Below are positions 24,970 through 37,500 of a stretch of DNA of 64,000 bases, piece by piece. Both the position numbers and the translations under genes were made by a program. The stretch is from Anthoceros angustus. Its lineage: Eukaryota; Plantae; Anthocerotophyta. The notes under the pieces were generated by a model, which did no database searches, was not told the DNA's origin, and saw only the letters and a list, made by a program, of their open reading frames with translations. How positions within the stretch are numbered: the first letter of the stretch is position 1; each line of letters opens with the position of its first letter. The stretch is from assembly GCA_010909165.1 (NCBI GenBank), contig VJWM01000218.1, positions 124,001 to 188,000 on the forward strand. Reading direction: 5' to 3'.

Positions 24970-25502
24970 ACATCCAAGAGTTTGTGTGGAGTGGGTGAAT
25001 CACTTCCTCTCCTCCTCCCGATCTGGCTGGGAGTTCCCTGGCGTGTTGGGTGCGTTGGGGGCCTTGTTTGGGCGCAAGTTAATGCCTTGCCCCTCTTCTC
25101 ACATTTCTCGATTGACTTGGTGCGCTTCGTGCGCCACAGAAAGGCTCTTGCTTCGGGTAGACACCCTAGAGTGGGGGGGTCATCCTAATAGCAGGAAAGG
25201 AGCCCTCTCCCCCTTCTTTTTATCTCATTGGGATACTTGTCTCAAGTGGTTCGGGAGACCAAGTGCGAAGCGCAGTGTTCCCGAATGTGTGAGCAGGCTA
25301 GGCTTGGGAGAGTGCACCTCTCTCCCCCGGGCGGGTAAACCCTGCGCAACGTTAGTTAACTCGTCCCCATGCGGAACCAGCAGCTAGGGAGTACTAAATT
25401 TTGCACCAAGGATCTATCATTGTCGGGAGTCAAGACTCTCAGTTCAAAATTGGATTGAGGGCGACCGTCAGAGAGCACCTAGAGCATCGAGCCCCTAAGA
25501 TG

Positions 25503-25686
25503 ACCTGTCTCACGAGGGTCTAAACGCTCCATTCCCTATTGGTGGGTGAACAATTCCACCTGGGTGAATCGCTTCACAATGATTGGAAGAGCCGACATCA
25601 AAGGATCAAAAGCAACATCCCTATGAATGCTTGCTTGGCTGCCACAAGCCAATTCTCCACGTGGTAATTTTTCTAACAACCTTAGC
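25503..25686 (-). pseudogene. 25S rRNA-derived fragment C (~185 bp, peptidyl-transferase centre)
   Basis: Reverse complement reads ...GGCTTGTGGCAGCCAAG...GATGTCGGCTCTTCC.ATCATTGTGAAGC...TTGTTCACCCACCAATAGGGAA...TTTAGACC.TCGTGAGACAGGT, nuclear LSU rRNA with substitutions and indels; flanks are non-rRNA. Confidence 0.92.
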
Positions 25687-26690
25687 GTGCCAGCATTTGT
25701 GCCCTTTTATTCCAGTCTATGTGTCCCAGAAGCATTGCAATTCTAAATAATTTTGAAAATCAAATTCTTTGCATACGACTTAAGTTTGAAACAAGGTATT
25801 GTACGTTGCAGAGTAGCAGGGTTGCCACGGTCCGCGATTCGTCCGCCCCCTCGAAACTTGTTCCCTCCCAATTGTGTGGCCCCGAACGAGGGATCGAGGT
25901 TGGGAAAGCCACACCCACCCATATTTTATTTTGGACCCAGCTGTATATCAATCCTAGGGTCGGTGGATGAGGTCACTTGCAACATAAATGTATATGTACA
26001 GTGTTGCACGTTGCACATTTCCATTGCTGTGGACTAAAAAAGGCATCGCCCAGACCTGTAAAGCAATTTACGCGGGAAGAGATTCTGGAAGCAAAATCTG
26101 CTGATCTCTTATCCGCGGCGACAGGATACAGGATTTGACGGCGTCAGAGTGCAAGCACGGTCCCGTCTATTGCGGTTAGGTGAACTCTCGCTAAACTGCG
26201 AGTGATGTGGCACTCGGGTTCGAACCCCGAGTCTCAGTGGGTTTGAAATTTCTTCCCGTTCCTTGTACTTTCGAAAGTCAAACCCCCAGGACTAGGAGAG
26301 AATGTCTCAGACCCAGCACAGGTGGCACCGCGTGATTGTGAGGAGTGAGCAACGGGCGTAGGAAACGCCGGCCTACACCAGCACAGGCCTATACGGGGCG
26401 GGGCCGCGGAAGGAGGTAACCGCGGGGCACGGCGCGGCTTGATCGGGCGCAGCGAGCTCTTGTGAGGTTCCTTTCCCAGCCACGCCATTCCGTGTGCGAG
26501 ACGAGACCACACGAGGCTGCTTCGCTCGCCACCGCCAGGCCTCCGGGCTCGTCCCCATGCGGAACCAGCAGCTAGGGAGTACTAAATTTTGCACCAAGGA
26601 TCTATCATTGTCGGGAGTCAAGACTCTCAGTTCAAAATTGGATTGAGGGCGACCGTCAGAGAGCACCTAGAGCATCGAGCCCCTAAGATG

Positions 26691-26882
26691 ACCTGTCTCA
26701 CGAGGGTCTAAACCCAGCTCACGTTCCCTATTGGTGGGTGAACAATTCCACACTGGGTGAATTCTGCTTCACAATGATTGGAAGAGCCGACATCAAAGGA
26801 TCAAAAAGCAACATCCCTATGAATGCTTGCTTGGCTGCCACAAGCCAATTCTCCACGTGGTAATTTTTCTAACAACCTTAGC
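26691..26882 (-). pseudogene. 25S rRNA-derived fragment C' (duplicate of C, cleaner copy)
   Basis: ACCTGTCTCACGAGGGTCTAAACCCAGCTCACGTTCCCTATTGGTGGGTGAACAATT...GAAGAGCCGACATCAAAGGATCAAAAAGCAAC...TTGGCTGCCACAAGCC. Confidence 0.93.
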
Positions 26883-28745
26883 GTGCCAGCATTTGTGCCC
26901 TTTTATTCCAGTCTATGTGTCCCAGAAGCATTGCAATTCTAAATAATTTTGAAAATCAAATTCTTTGCATACGACTTAAGTTTGAAACAAGGTATTGTAC
27001 GTTGCAGAGTAGCAGGGTTGCCACGGTCCGCGATTCGTCCGCCCCCTCGAAACTTGTTCCCTCCCAATTGTGTGGCCCCGAACGAGGGATCGAGGTTGGG
27101 AAAGCCCGCACCCCACCCCATATTTTATTTTGGACCCAGCTGTATATCAATCCTAGGGTCGGTGGATGAGGTCACTTGCAACATAAATGTATATGTACAG
27201 TGTTGCACGTTGCACATTTCCATTGCTGTGGACTAAAAAAAGGCATCGCCCAGACCTGTGCCAAGCAATTTACGCGGGAAGAGATTCTGGAAGCAAAATC
27301 TGCTGATCTCTTATCCGCGGCGACAGGATACAGGATTTGACGGCGTCAGAGTGCAAGCACGGTCCCGTCTATTGCGGTTAGGTGAACTCTCGCTAAACTG
27401 CGAGTGATGTGGCACTCGGGTTCGAACCCCGAGTCTCAGTGGGTTTGAAATTTCTTCCCGTTCCTTGTACTTTCGAAAGTCAAACCCCCAGGACTAGGAG
27501 AGAATGTCTCAGACCCAGCACAGGTGGCACCGCGTGATTGTGAGGAGTGAGCAACGGGCGTAGGAAACGCCGGCCTACACCAGCACAGGCCTATACGGGG
27601 CGGGGCCGCGGAAGGAGGTAACCGCGGGGCACGGCGCGGCTTGATCGGGCGCAGCGAGCTCTTGTGAGGTTCCTTTCCCAGCCACGCCATTCCGTGTGCG
27701 AGACGAGACCACACGAGGCTGCTTCGCTCGCCACCGCCAGGCCTCCGGGCTCGTACCCCTGTAGCCCGCTAATCCGGTGCAGCAAGCTCCCGCCTGCGTT
27801 TTCCGCAAGCAATCACAAGCCTAAGGAGCGCGCCTGAGGACGGTGCTGCAATTCTGCTGCAATCCCCGCTTCGCTGCTGCAATTGCCGAGGCCAGAGGGA
27901 ATTCGCGAATCCGAGGACGCGGCGGTGCGGGGGCGCGGCTAGAGCTTCCCGATCTGTGCTTGGACGCGGCCAGGAGCAGAGCTAGGGCTTGGAGAAGGAG
28001 GACGGAGGAAGGGGGAAGAGGTGCAGAACCAGCCGGCGGACTGTCCATTGTAATGCTAATGCTCCTTACCTGCTCGATTTGGCATTGAAAGTGTTGATTT
28101 GGCTTGGTTTGATGTGCGTGGTGGAAATCTGGGGGTTCGGTGTGAGGCATTCTGGGAAGGGGCGGTGTCGGCGGGGTTTGAGGGGGTTGTGGACGGCTTG
28201 GTGTGGCGGACATGGCGCTGGGATGGTAGGATGCTGTAATTGGCTTTGGAGATGGCGGCAATTCGTGTGGCTGGTGGCCGAATGCGCTGGTGCCATGGCG
28301 GTCGGGGAGCGGGTTTGAGTCACGGGGACCGGGGACTGTAGCTGTTCACCGGTCTGGTGTGCTTTGGAGTTGGCGCGGGCCGGTCGTGGTTTAGTTTGTA
28401 TACGCGATTTACTGACTGGCTTTTGCGTTTTGGCGTTTCGTGGTCACCTAGTATGGAGATGCCGAGTAGAGGACGGCCCTTCCGGTCAGTCAAGTGCGCA
28501 GAACTGGTCTAGTCGTGCGCGTGCTGATTCCTGTGTGTGCTGCGGGAGGCAGCTGGTTTAGAGTGACCATGGGGATTCTGTTTTGGAGAGGCAGGGCCAG
28601 TCGCAAGGTTGGTGCGGTCTCGTGGTTGTCGAATTTTGGATGTGTGGCTTTGCTGCCTGTACGCGTTGCCCGTGATGGCTCTGTTTGGGGAATGCTCGGA
28701 AATGGAGTTTAGTATAGGACGTTAAGGTGGCAGGTTGCAGCGTAG

Positions 28746-30204
28746 ATGGAGGGTACAGGAGGAAGGGGTAACTTGTGCTGCTCCCCTGTGTGTGGCAAAC
28801 GGGATTCCACTGTTCTTGTCTCTAAATTGGGACGATCGTTGTGGATGATGAGTGCAGATGGCCTTGCATTCACAGTCTGCACGTCCTCAAACCTCAAATG
28901 CTGGGAAGGGGTACAGCCAAAATCAACAAGTTGTGCATGGGTTCTGTCTAGTAAAGGGCAAGTCAAAACACCCTATGGAAGATTATCACGTCGCCGAGTT
29001 CAGAAGGGTGAAGGAAAGGGAGCTTGGGTTATTTGCTATTTATGACGGACATTTGGGTCAAAGTGTCGCAGAGTACTTGAAGACTAATCTGTTTGACAAC
29101 ATACTTAAGGAGGTAGGGTTGGGCATCGTTTGGTTCAATTTCCAGTTTGGAGTTATGGGATGAAAATGCAGGGGGCGTGCAGTTGTATTCTTGGCATGTG
29201 AAGGCCATGGTCTGTCGGGATGCGGACTCTAAGGCATGAGAGTTGTGTATTCTGCCATATGTATGTTCCTGGGCTGATGGGTGCCATGTTGCTGGAATCC
29301 AACAGAGCGAGTTCTGGAGAGATCCTGTGAATGCTATGCGAGAAGCTTACCTTAGAACCGATGGCACAATTTTGGAAAAGGCACCTTCTCTCGGTCCTGG
29401 TGGTTCAACGGCTGTGACGGCTATTTTGATTGATGGTAGACGACTTTTGGTTGCAAATGTTGGTGACTCGCGAGCTGTCCTGAGTAAGGGTGGAAGAGCA
29501 ATACAACTCTCTGTGGATCATGAACCCAGTGCTCCGAAGGAGAAAGGAGAAATTGAAAACAAAGGAGGATTTGTCTCCAACATGCCTGGTATGTGTCATT
29601 ATGTCACCATTTTCTTGCGAGATCCTCTGCCAACAGTTGATTCCCTTGATCTTTGATTGTCCTGATATATGTCTTTAACATAACGTGCTATTGGCTCTAG
29701 AATTGGTCTTCTCTGGGAGCTGATCTGCTGCGTGTAATTGCCAAAATTGTATTTGCGAGTAGTAAAATCTGATCTATCACCCTTGCTGGCTCAGGCGATG
29801 TTCCAAGGGTCGATGGACAGCTAGCAGTAGCTCGTGCGTTTGGTGACAAAAGCCTGAAGGTTCATTTGAGTGCTAAACCTGATATTCGGGACGAGTTTGT
29901 GGATCCATCTGATTGTTTGATACTTGCAAGCGATGGGCTTTGGAAGGTAGGTCCTCTCTCCTGCACTCTTCTGCGGAACGGCTGCCTAGTGACCGAGATG
30001 TAAGAGGGTCATCAGATCTTGACAATGGATTTCAAGACTGACCTAGACTTGTGCTTTTGTCTGCAGGTGATGAAAAACCAAGAAGCTGTAGACCTAGTGG
30101 CAAACATCAAGGATCCAGAAGCTGCAGCAAAGCGTCTGACAGGCGAAGCTATAGCCCGGAAAAGCAAAGACGATATTTCTTGCATTGTGGTCCGTTTGCG
30201 GTGA
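28746..30204 (+). CDS. PP2C: Protein phosphatase 2C, clade-F-like. Exons approx. 28746-28787, 28858-29112, 29306-29588, 29795-29946, 30067-30204
   Basis: [96 protein letters not shown]; GT-AG introns. The first small exon is less certain. Confidence 0.93.
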
Positions 30205-30426
30205 GTTATGGCTGGCTTTGGGGTATGATGGGTTCAAGTGATAGTGATTAGGTCAATGCCGTCACCTTAGATCTAAGCTTAATTCCGTCAGTTGAGTTAT
30301 GTTTGGGACCAGTTCACTTCTCCTTCGTACATCTGTTTGTGTCGAGGGGTCTTGGATGTGCGGCTATTTTCCGTCTGAGTTGATGACGCTCTAATAAAAG
30401 GATTGTCGTTGTGATAGAAGAGCGAA

Positions 30427-31889
30427 GGCAAGTCAAAACACCCTATGGAAGATTATCACGTCGCCGAGTTCAGAAGGGTGAAGGAAAGGGAGCTTGGGTT
30501 ATTTGCTATTTATGACGGACATTTGGGTCAAAGTGTCGCAGAGTACTTGAAGACTAATCTGTTTGACAACATACTTAAGGAGGTAGGGTTGGGCATCGTT
30601 TGGTTCAATTTCCAGTTTGGAGTTATGGGATGAAAATGCAGGGGGCGTGCAGTTGTATTCTTGGCATGTGAAGGCCATGGTCTGTCGGGATGCGGACTCT
30701 AAGGCATGAGAGTTGTGTATTCTGCCATATGTATGTTCCTGGGCTGATGGGTGCCATGTTGGAATCCAACAGAGCGAGTTCTGAGAGATCCTGTGAATGC
30801 TATGCGAGAAGCTTACCTTAGAACCGATGGCACAATTTTGGAAAAGGCACCTTCTCTCGGTCCTGGTGGTTCAACGGCTGTGACGGCTATTTTGATTGAT
30901 GGTAGACGACTTTTGGTTGCAAATGTTGGTGACTCATGAGCTGTCCTGAGTAAGGGTGGAAGAGCAATACAACTCTCTGTGGATCATGAACCCAGTGCTC
31001 CGAAGGAAAGGAGAAATTGAAAACAAAGGAGGATTTGTCTCCAACATGCCTGGTATGTGTCATTATGTCACCATTTTCTTGCGAGATCCTCTGCCAACAG
31101 TTGATTCCCTTGATCTTTGATTGTCCTGATATATGTCTTTAACATAACGTGCTATTGGCTCTAGAATTGGTCTTCTCTGGAGCTGATCTGCTGCGTGTAA
31201 TTGCCAAAATTGTATTTGCGAGTAGTAAAATCTGATCTATCACCCTTGCTGGCTCAGGCGATGTTCCAAGGGTCGATGGACAGCTAGCAGTAGCTCTCGT
31301 TTGGTGACAAAGCCTGAAGGTTCATTTGAGTGCTAAACCTGATATTCGGACGAGTTTGTGGATCCATCTGATTGTTTGATACTTGCAAGCGATGGGCTTT
31401 GGAAGGTAGGTCCTCTCTCCTGCACTCTTCTGCGGAACGGCTGCCTAGTGACCGAGATGTAAGAGGGTCATCAGATCTTGACAATGGATTTCAAGACTGA
31501 CCTAGACTTGTGCTTTTGTCTGCAGGTGATGAAAAACCAAGAAGCTGTAGACCTAGTGGCAAACATCAAGGATCCAGAAGCTGCAGCAAAGCGTCTGACA
31601 GGCGAAGCTATAGCCCGGAAAAGCAAAGACGATATTTCTTGCATTGTGGTCCGTTTGCGGTGAGTTATGGCTGGCTTTGGGGTATGATGGGTTCAAGTGA
31701 TAGTGATTAGGTCAATGCCGTCACCTTAGATCTAAGCTTAATTCCGTCAGTTGAGTTATGTTTGGGACCAGTTCACTTCTCCTTCGTACATCTGTTTGTG
31801 TCGAGGGGTCTTGGATGTGCGGCTATTTTCCGTCTGAGTTGATGACGCTCTAATAAAAGGATTGTCGTTGTGATAGAAGAGCGAAAGGG
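30427..31889 (+). pseudogene. 5'-truncated tandem duplicate of the PP2C gene (from mid exon 2 through 3' UTR) with frameshifts and a stop
   Basis: 28957-30426 is repeated. The copy lacks promoter and start and shows small deletions (e.g. TTCTGAGAG vs TTCTGGAGAG, GACTCATGA vs GACTCGCGA). Confidence 0.85.
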
Positions 31890-32897
31890 GCAAGTGACAG
31901 TCAGCAAGAGGAAGGACTGGGAAGGAGACTTGGAAGGCTCCTTGGAAGATCTTCTGATCCTCGCAGGAAATAAGTGGTGGTTACATGGATAAGTGTGTAT
32001 ATTAAGAAAGGTACCGTCTGGGGTGTAAGTATGGAGGCATCCATTTATCCATCCATCCATCATCATTGTTGTCCAGGGTACAGGACTCGCAGACCAAGAC
32101 GCAGCAGGACAAGGTTTGGAGTCACAGGCAAGGCTATAGCACCCTGTATAGCTAACGCCAGACGTAGTATAATCCCGAGCCTCCGCCTTGATGCACCTGT
32201 AAGAAATCCGTATTAGCTGCCCCTGAAGTCCATTGCGCGGACCTCTACATATGATCTGCTGTGGGTGCTGGCAAGGATGTTAGCTCATATACTGCATCCA
32301 AACCGAGACCTCTTGCTGTCCCGGGTCCTTTGGCTTCAGGCTGTTTTCTCCAACTGTTCTAGGGCATCCGGCTTTGCTCCCAGTCGCTACAGCACGTTCT
32401 GGCTTTCGGTTGAGATTCCAGGCTTCTCTGCGATGTTCAGTCAGCGGATGTGCGTGTGTCCGCTTTGTCCATCTGCGCTTGCCGCCGACCTCCAGACTGT
32501 ATTGGGGAAAGGCCTTCCCATTATGTCTGGGTCCCGGCATGTGTGCCCATTCCGCCTGTCGCTCCTAGCCCAATTCGATTTGATAAATAACTGGGTTCCA
32601 CCTCGGAACCCGACGCCGGAAGGTTATGCTTCGCGAAGGCAGTGCGGTACCGAGTAATAAAAAGTATAGTAATTATCTTTCCTCACGACCAGTCCAGTTG
32701 CTGTCCTGTCGGAATCAGAGTGCGAATCATTACTGTGTCATCCGCGGCCTACGTTTGCTCTTGAGTGGGTTTGGGTCGTGATTCCGGCGCTATATTAGCA
32801 GCTCTGATGCCTGCATTCCTCGCATTGTGTCCGCTGTTCGTGACTTGCTCAGTGCGCTCTCTCAGAATCTGAAGCTCGTGTTGCTCGCGAACGCACC

Positions 32898-34352
32898 ATG
32901 ACGGGGGACCTTGTAATCTTCGCGTGGAGACGCTACCTGCATCTTCTGCAGCACAAGCCGCTGCCGACCATGGTGAGCCAGATGCACACTCACACTCTGA
33001 TGCTGGGATAGCGGTGGCGTTTGGTCTGCAAGCTCGTGAGAGTTTGCTCTCGCTTTTTGCTGGTCGAATTAGCAGTTCTGCCGTTTCAATTTGACTTCCG
33101 AGAGGTCTGCAGGGAGCAGCATGATTTGTGTTTGTGAATTGCGGTTTGCCCGATCCTTTGCTGCAATTGCTTGCGCATGCAGCCTTGGCTCCGCCCGGGC
33201 GGCCAGGCAGTAAGTTGAGCTGTGGCGAAGGTTCTATGCTGATTCGGAAGAGTGTTCTCAACGGTTTCTCGTCCTGTCACATTGCAGGCCATTACAACAG
33301 GGCTTGTCTCTCTTTCCAGTGAGTTCACAGCACAGAAGATTCAACGCAAAGCAAGTTTGAACATCAAACGCTTAAGCGTGATGACTGTAAGTGTTTTGAT
33401 TTCACCTGCTGTTGGTGATGTATGTGTTCCTTCCAGCAATTATATTAGATCTCGTGGTTCTTGTTCTGTGTGTGGTATCCGGGAGCATAATTGCAATGCT
33501 CTGCATGCTGTGCAGGCTTACGGGCTTCTGTACCTAGGCCCTTACATGCATATCTACCACAAGGTCATGGATCAATTGTTTAAGGGACGCAATGATCTCT
33601 GGACTGTTATTCAGAAGGTGTTTCCATCGTTTGTTACGCGAGTTATGTTGTTCTGTTATCTTCTGGTGTTGAAGTTTGATTCTAAGGCATTTCCCATCTT
33701 CAGGTTCTTTATCAGGTTTGCTGTTCCTGTGTAGGTGGTGGTGGACCAGTTAACCTCGGGGCCGTGGAACAATTTTCTCTACATGACATTTTCTGGCCTG
33801 GTTCTTGAAGGTGTGACTAAGCAAGATGTACTTTCTCGTAATACAAGCCCATTGGTTCACAGCTCCTGTCATCTCATCTGTCGCATGGCTTGCAGATCTG
33901 ACATTCAAGGAGGTGTACAAGTTAGTGAGAGAACGGTTTGTTTCTGTGCAATTGAAATCTTGGACGGTATGACCCTCTCACAAGTTTCTGTTCAGTTTGG
34001 CTTGCGCAACTCTGAAATTGCTGTGTATTCAGGTGAAATCGTCTAGGCCCTTTTTGTTTCCCGTCGAATTATGCATCTTCGTGTCTGACCTTCATTCTTT
34101 TTCTCCCTGCAGTTCTGGCCTGCAGTGTCTTTCTTGAACTATCTGGTCATTCCTCTCCAGTTCCGAGTCCTGATTGCCAACGTAGCAGCTTTTGCCTGGT
34201 AAGGACATCGCTTGTTGAGGGACTTTCTTTCGGGCCACGGGGCTACCTTACACTCGAATCACTGCCTTGCCAGGACTCTATACCTCATTTACCACGGGAC
34301 TGCACGCCAGATTCAGCCCGCAGATGACGAGGATGTCGGAAAAGACTCGTAG
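32898..34352 (+). CDS. PMP22: Mpv17/PMP22-family peroxisomal membrane protein, 7 exons
   Basis: Spliced reading MTGDLVIFAWRRYLHLLQHKPLPTM | AITTGLVSLSSEFTAQKI... | AYGLLYLGPYMHIYHKVMDQLFKG... | VVVDQLTSGPWNNFLYMTF... | ...VQLKSWT | FWPAVSFLNYLVIPLQFRVLIANVAAFAW | ...GKDS*; canonical GT-AG sites. Confidence 0.9.
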
Positions 34353-34596
34353 ACCACCGGTCAGCACGTTCAACAGGTGTCAAAGCTAGAGTTTCACAAC
34401 TTCCAGCGTAGAAGGATAGGGAACTCTGAAGCTATCGGCATTCATAGTGGTCACTGTCCGACGGTCCATGTTCTCTCTGCTGCAGAGCTGATGGACAGCT
34501 GATCACGTTAAAACACTTCCCAAAACATTTTCTTTGATTGAAATTCAACCAAGATTCATTGCTCCAACTGCCCACGTAGCTCTCTCTGGTTCTGCT

Positions 34597-37500
34597 TCAT
34601 GCATACTCCAACTCCAGTAAGCGTTCATCATCGGCTGATACCCAAGGCCGAAGCAACGACTCTACAGTTAGACGGCGTGCTGCACTTAACATGGCAATGA
34701 AAAAGCGACAGCCATCGATTTTGTACTCCTCTAGAGGGTTCATATGACCAAAGCTCCGCACGTTTGCCTGCAGACAAACACATCGGGAGCAAGGACGTGC
34801 TTCAGCAGACAGCATCAGAAATTATCGTCAATGTAGTGTTGCTGATTTTCATGCTTACCGCAGCACGGAGTCTTGCCATGTTCACCAGATGATCCTTCCA
34901 ATTCCGGTCAAGTGCCTTCACTGCCAAGATCCGCTGTGACACATTGGATGGCCGACCATTACTGCGGGATCAGAAACATAGAGAACGTCATGAGTGATGG
35001 TGAGGAGGGCTACCTCAATTTCATCTATTTCCTTGGAGCTCAAGCCAGATATCTCCAATTTCTCCATGTAAGTTCCGATCAGAATGTCACCAAAATATTT
35101 CCTAAGAAGATGCACCTCCACATGATACTTTCCGGTCCTGCAGGCAGTCAACGTGGAATAAGAGGACAAGTTACACACAGCATGCAGGAACAGAGCCTGC
35201 AACAGGTGAGTGATGTAACGTACTGACTACTGTCGTCTGATGCTAGCTCAAACCAGCGCTTGAGTGAGTACACTTTGCTGCGAATCCCTCGGGAAGAATA
35301 TGGAGCGGGTAATCCAGCCCGCATGACAGAATCCATGCTCATATTCCTTATGCCATGAAGCTGACTGAGTGCATCGACAATCAGGTCCGAGGTTACGTCT
35401 GCAAGGACATCTGCAGACAGGACCAACAATGTTATGGGAAACCACAACTTATCCTACCAACATGCAGCATGCAGCATTTCACGAAGTTGTTTTACATGAG
35501 ACTAGCCTGTGGGAGCTGAGAACTTGGGCACGCGGTTTGCAAATGTCGCATGGGCAAGGGCACGATACTCTTTCAGCAGTCCCTCCACATTCCACGAAGA
35601 TGGAGGCTGAAACAGAGTGATGATGAAACCACTCACAGCAGTTAATGAGTTTGTTGTTACATGAGACTCTGGGCAAACAAGATTCAAGGAATGTGCACAG
35701 TTGTGGTTTTTTTGCACCTTGGAAGAATTTACATGACTCAGCACCAATTCGTCTGCAATCGCTTGTATGTATCTACAATGTCATGAAGTAAATTTGGGAA
35801 GTGTGCCACATCTTAGCTTACACAGTACTAGTCAAAATAAAACAAAACTTACTTACTGGTTGGGATGCGCCGCAACTTACTGGTATATTCGTTGCTGACA
35901 TGTCTCACAATCATCTAATAACAGGGATTGCCGAAGACTGTAGACGTGCTTTCTTTGCACCTGTACAAGATCACTGTTATGCAGAACCAGGAGGTGCACT
36001 GGTCTATAGTAGTGTCCAGAGGGTTACCTCCATGACTTCATCGAACTCAACAAGGGTTTTCCGCTGATTAAAATAAAAGCGCTCAGCGGTCTTCTGTAGA
36101 GCAAGTACCTGCAAAAGCATTGAGCAGGACCCAATGAGCATGTATTTCCACAATCAACATCAGTCAACAGGAAGATCGCTGCCAACCTGCTTCGACAATG
36201 TTGCACTTTCTATAGGCATGTCCTCATCAAATCCCAAACTACGTAGGAAGCCTGTGGCCCAGTCTGTATTGAATTTGCGGATCATCTCATCTTCCAAGCT
36301 GCAGATAAGGTTAGGCCCCAAGCTACTAAGTCACTTATGCAAGAGGATTGGCTACAGAATCAATTCAATGAGAAGTAGCAGGAGACTAGGCTCGGTTGAG
36401 TTGGTACCTGATCATGAACCTGGTGGATCCAGGATCCCCTTGCCTTCCTGCCCTACCTCGTAACTGCCATAAATACGACATGACTCTTGGGAAGGAAGGG
36501 AAAAACACCAAGTACACTGCATTTGTCCACTTATGCAGCTATACCTGGTTGTCGACTCGCCTGGAGTCATGAAGAGACGTGCCAATAACATGTAAGCCAC
36601 CAAGCTCCTTGACTTCAGCACCTTCTTGACGACAGTGTAGTGTGCAGTCTCCAATAATCGACAGCCATGCGAGTGCAATGGAGCAACTCAATGGTGAGAC
36701 ATCTGCCCCTCTCACAGACGACAGATTTTGCAGGTTTTCTTCCTTTTCAATACGGGCGAGTTCTATAGCTTCACAAAGATTCGTCTTTGCTTGACGGTAG
36801 CTCCACTTCCCACCATGTCTCCCACAGACAAGGCGTGCTGCAAAATGATTTAATGTCAACAATCTTGCTTGCTGCTGAAGCACCAGAGCTGTGGGTATGA
36901 ATACGACCTGCCAAGCTTGCTTTTGCAATCCTCTCCAACGAGGTGGAGCTCAGCTTGATTCTGGACAATGCCTGCACAACAAAAAATCTCGGGTTATGGT
37001 CCAAACCGCATATTGGGAGCCCACCCGTGACGCACAGGAAAAACCAGTACCATTTGTGACAAAGGTGCCCCATCTGTGTCGATATCAGGGGCCTCATCTG
37101 TCATATAATGCAGAAAACTATTTTCCAGTATCTCCGTAGCAAGCATCTGCACAGCTCAAGATGTCAAAGAGGAACAAACTAAGGGCAAAGAAATGATTGA
37201 GAGCTACACGACATGCCAAACTTACCTCAGGGTTTCCTCCCAATATGATGTCAGTTCCACGGCCAGCCATGTTTGTTGCAAGAGTAATTGCATTCTTCCT
37301 GCCAGCTTGAGCGACAATCTCTGCCTCCCTGGCTGCATACTATTAACACATCAGTCATTAGAGCCAGAAACGTTTCTTGGTAAAAAAAAGCTAAAGCAAT
37401 TGACGATAATGTGAAATGACCATTTCATCAAACCCGTAGTGGAGTTCTGTTACACAACAGCAATACAAGCTGCATCAAAAAGCGGTTCCAAGTGGTTCTT

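Larger units (their letters stand above)
25360..27755. repeat. Tandem duplication, 2 x ~1.19 kb
   Basis: 25360-26547 is repeated at 26548-27749; junction microhomology CTCGT. Confidence 0.92.

Noticed and set aside
26130-26240. tRNA gene or PBS around GGTTCGAACCC
   Set aside because: Only a T-arm-like hairpin; no acceptor, D or anticodon stems, and the spacing to the CCA-like end is wrong for a tRNA 3' end.
25503-26882. A functional rDNA locus
   Set aside because: Only ~185 bp, mutated at conserved positions, with no flanking 25S, 5.8S, 18S or ITS sequence.
24970-27755. An R2-type or other autonomous rDNA-specific retrotransposon, or a group I intron
   Set aside because: No RT, RLE or homing-endonuclease motifs found; no downstream rRNA flank; breakpoint is not the R2 site and does not match the intron positions I know.
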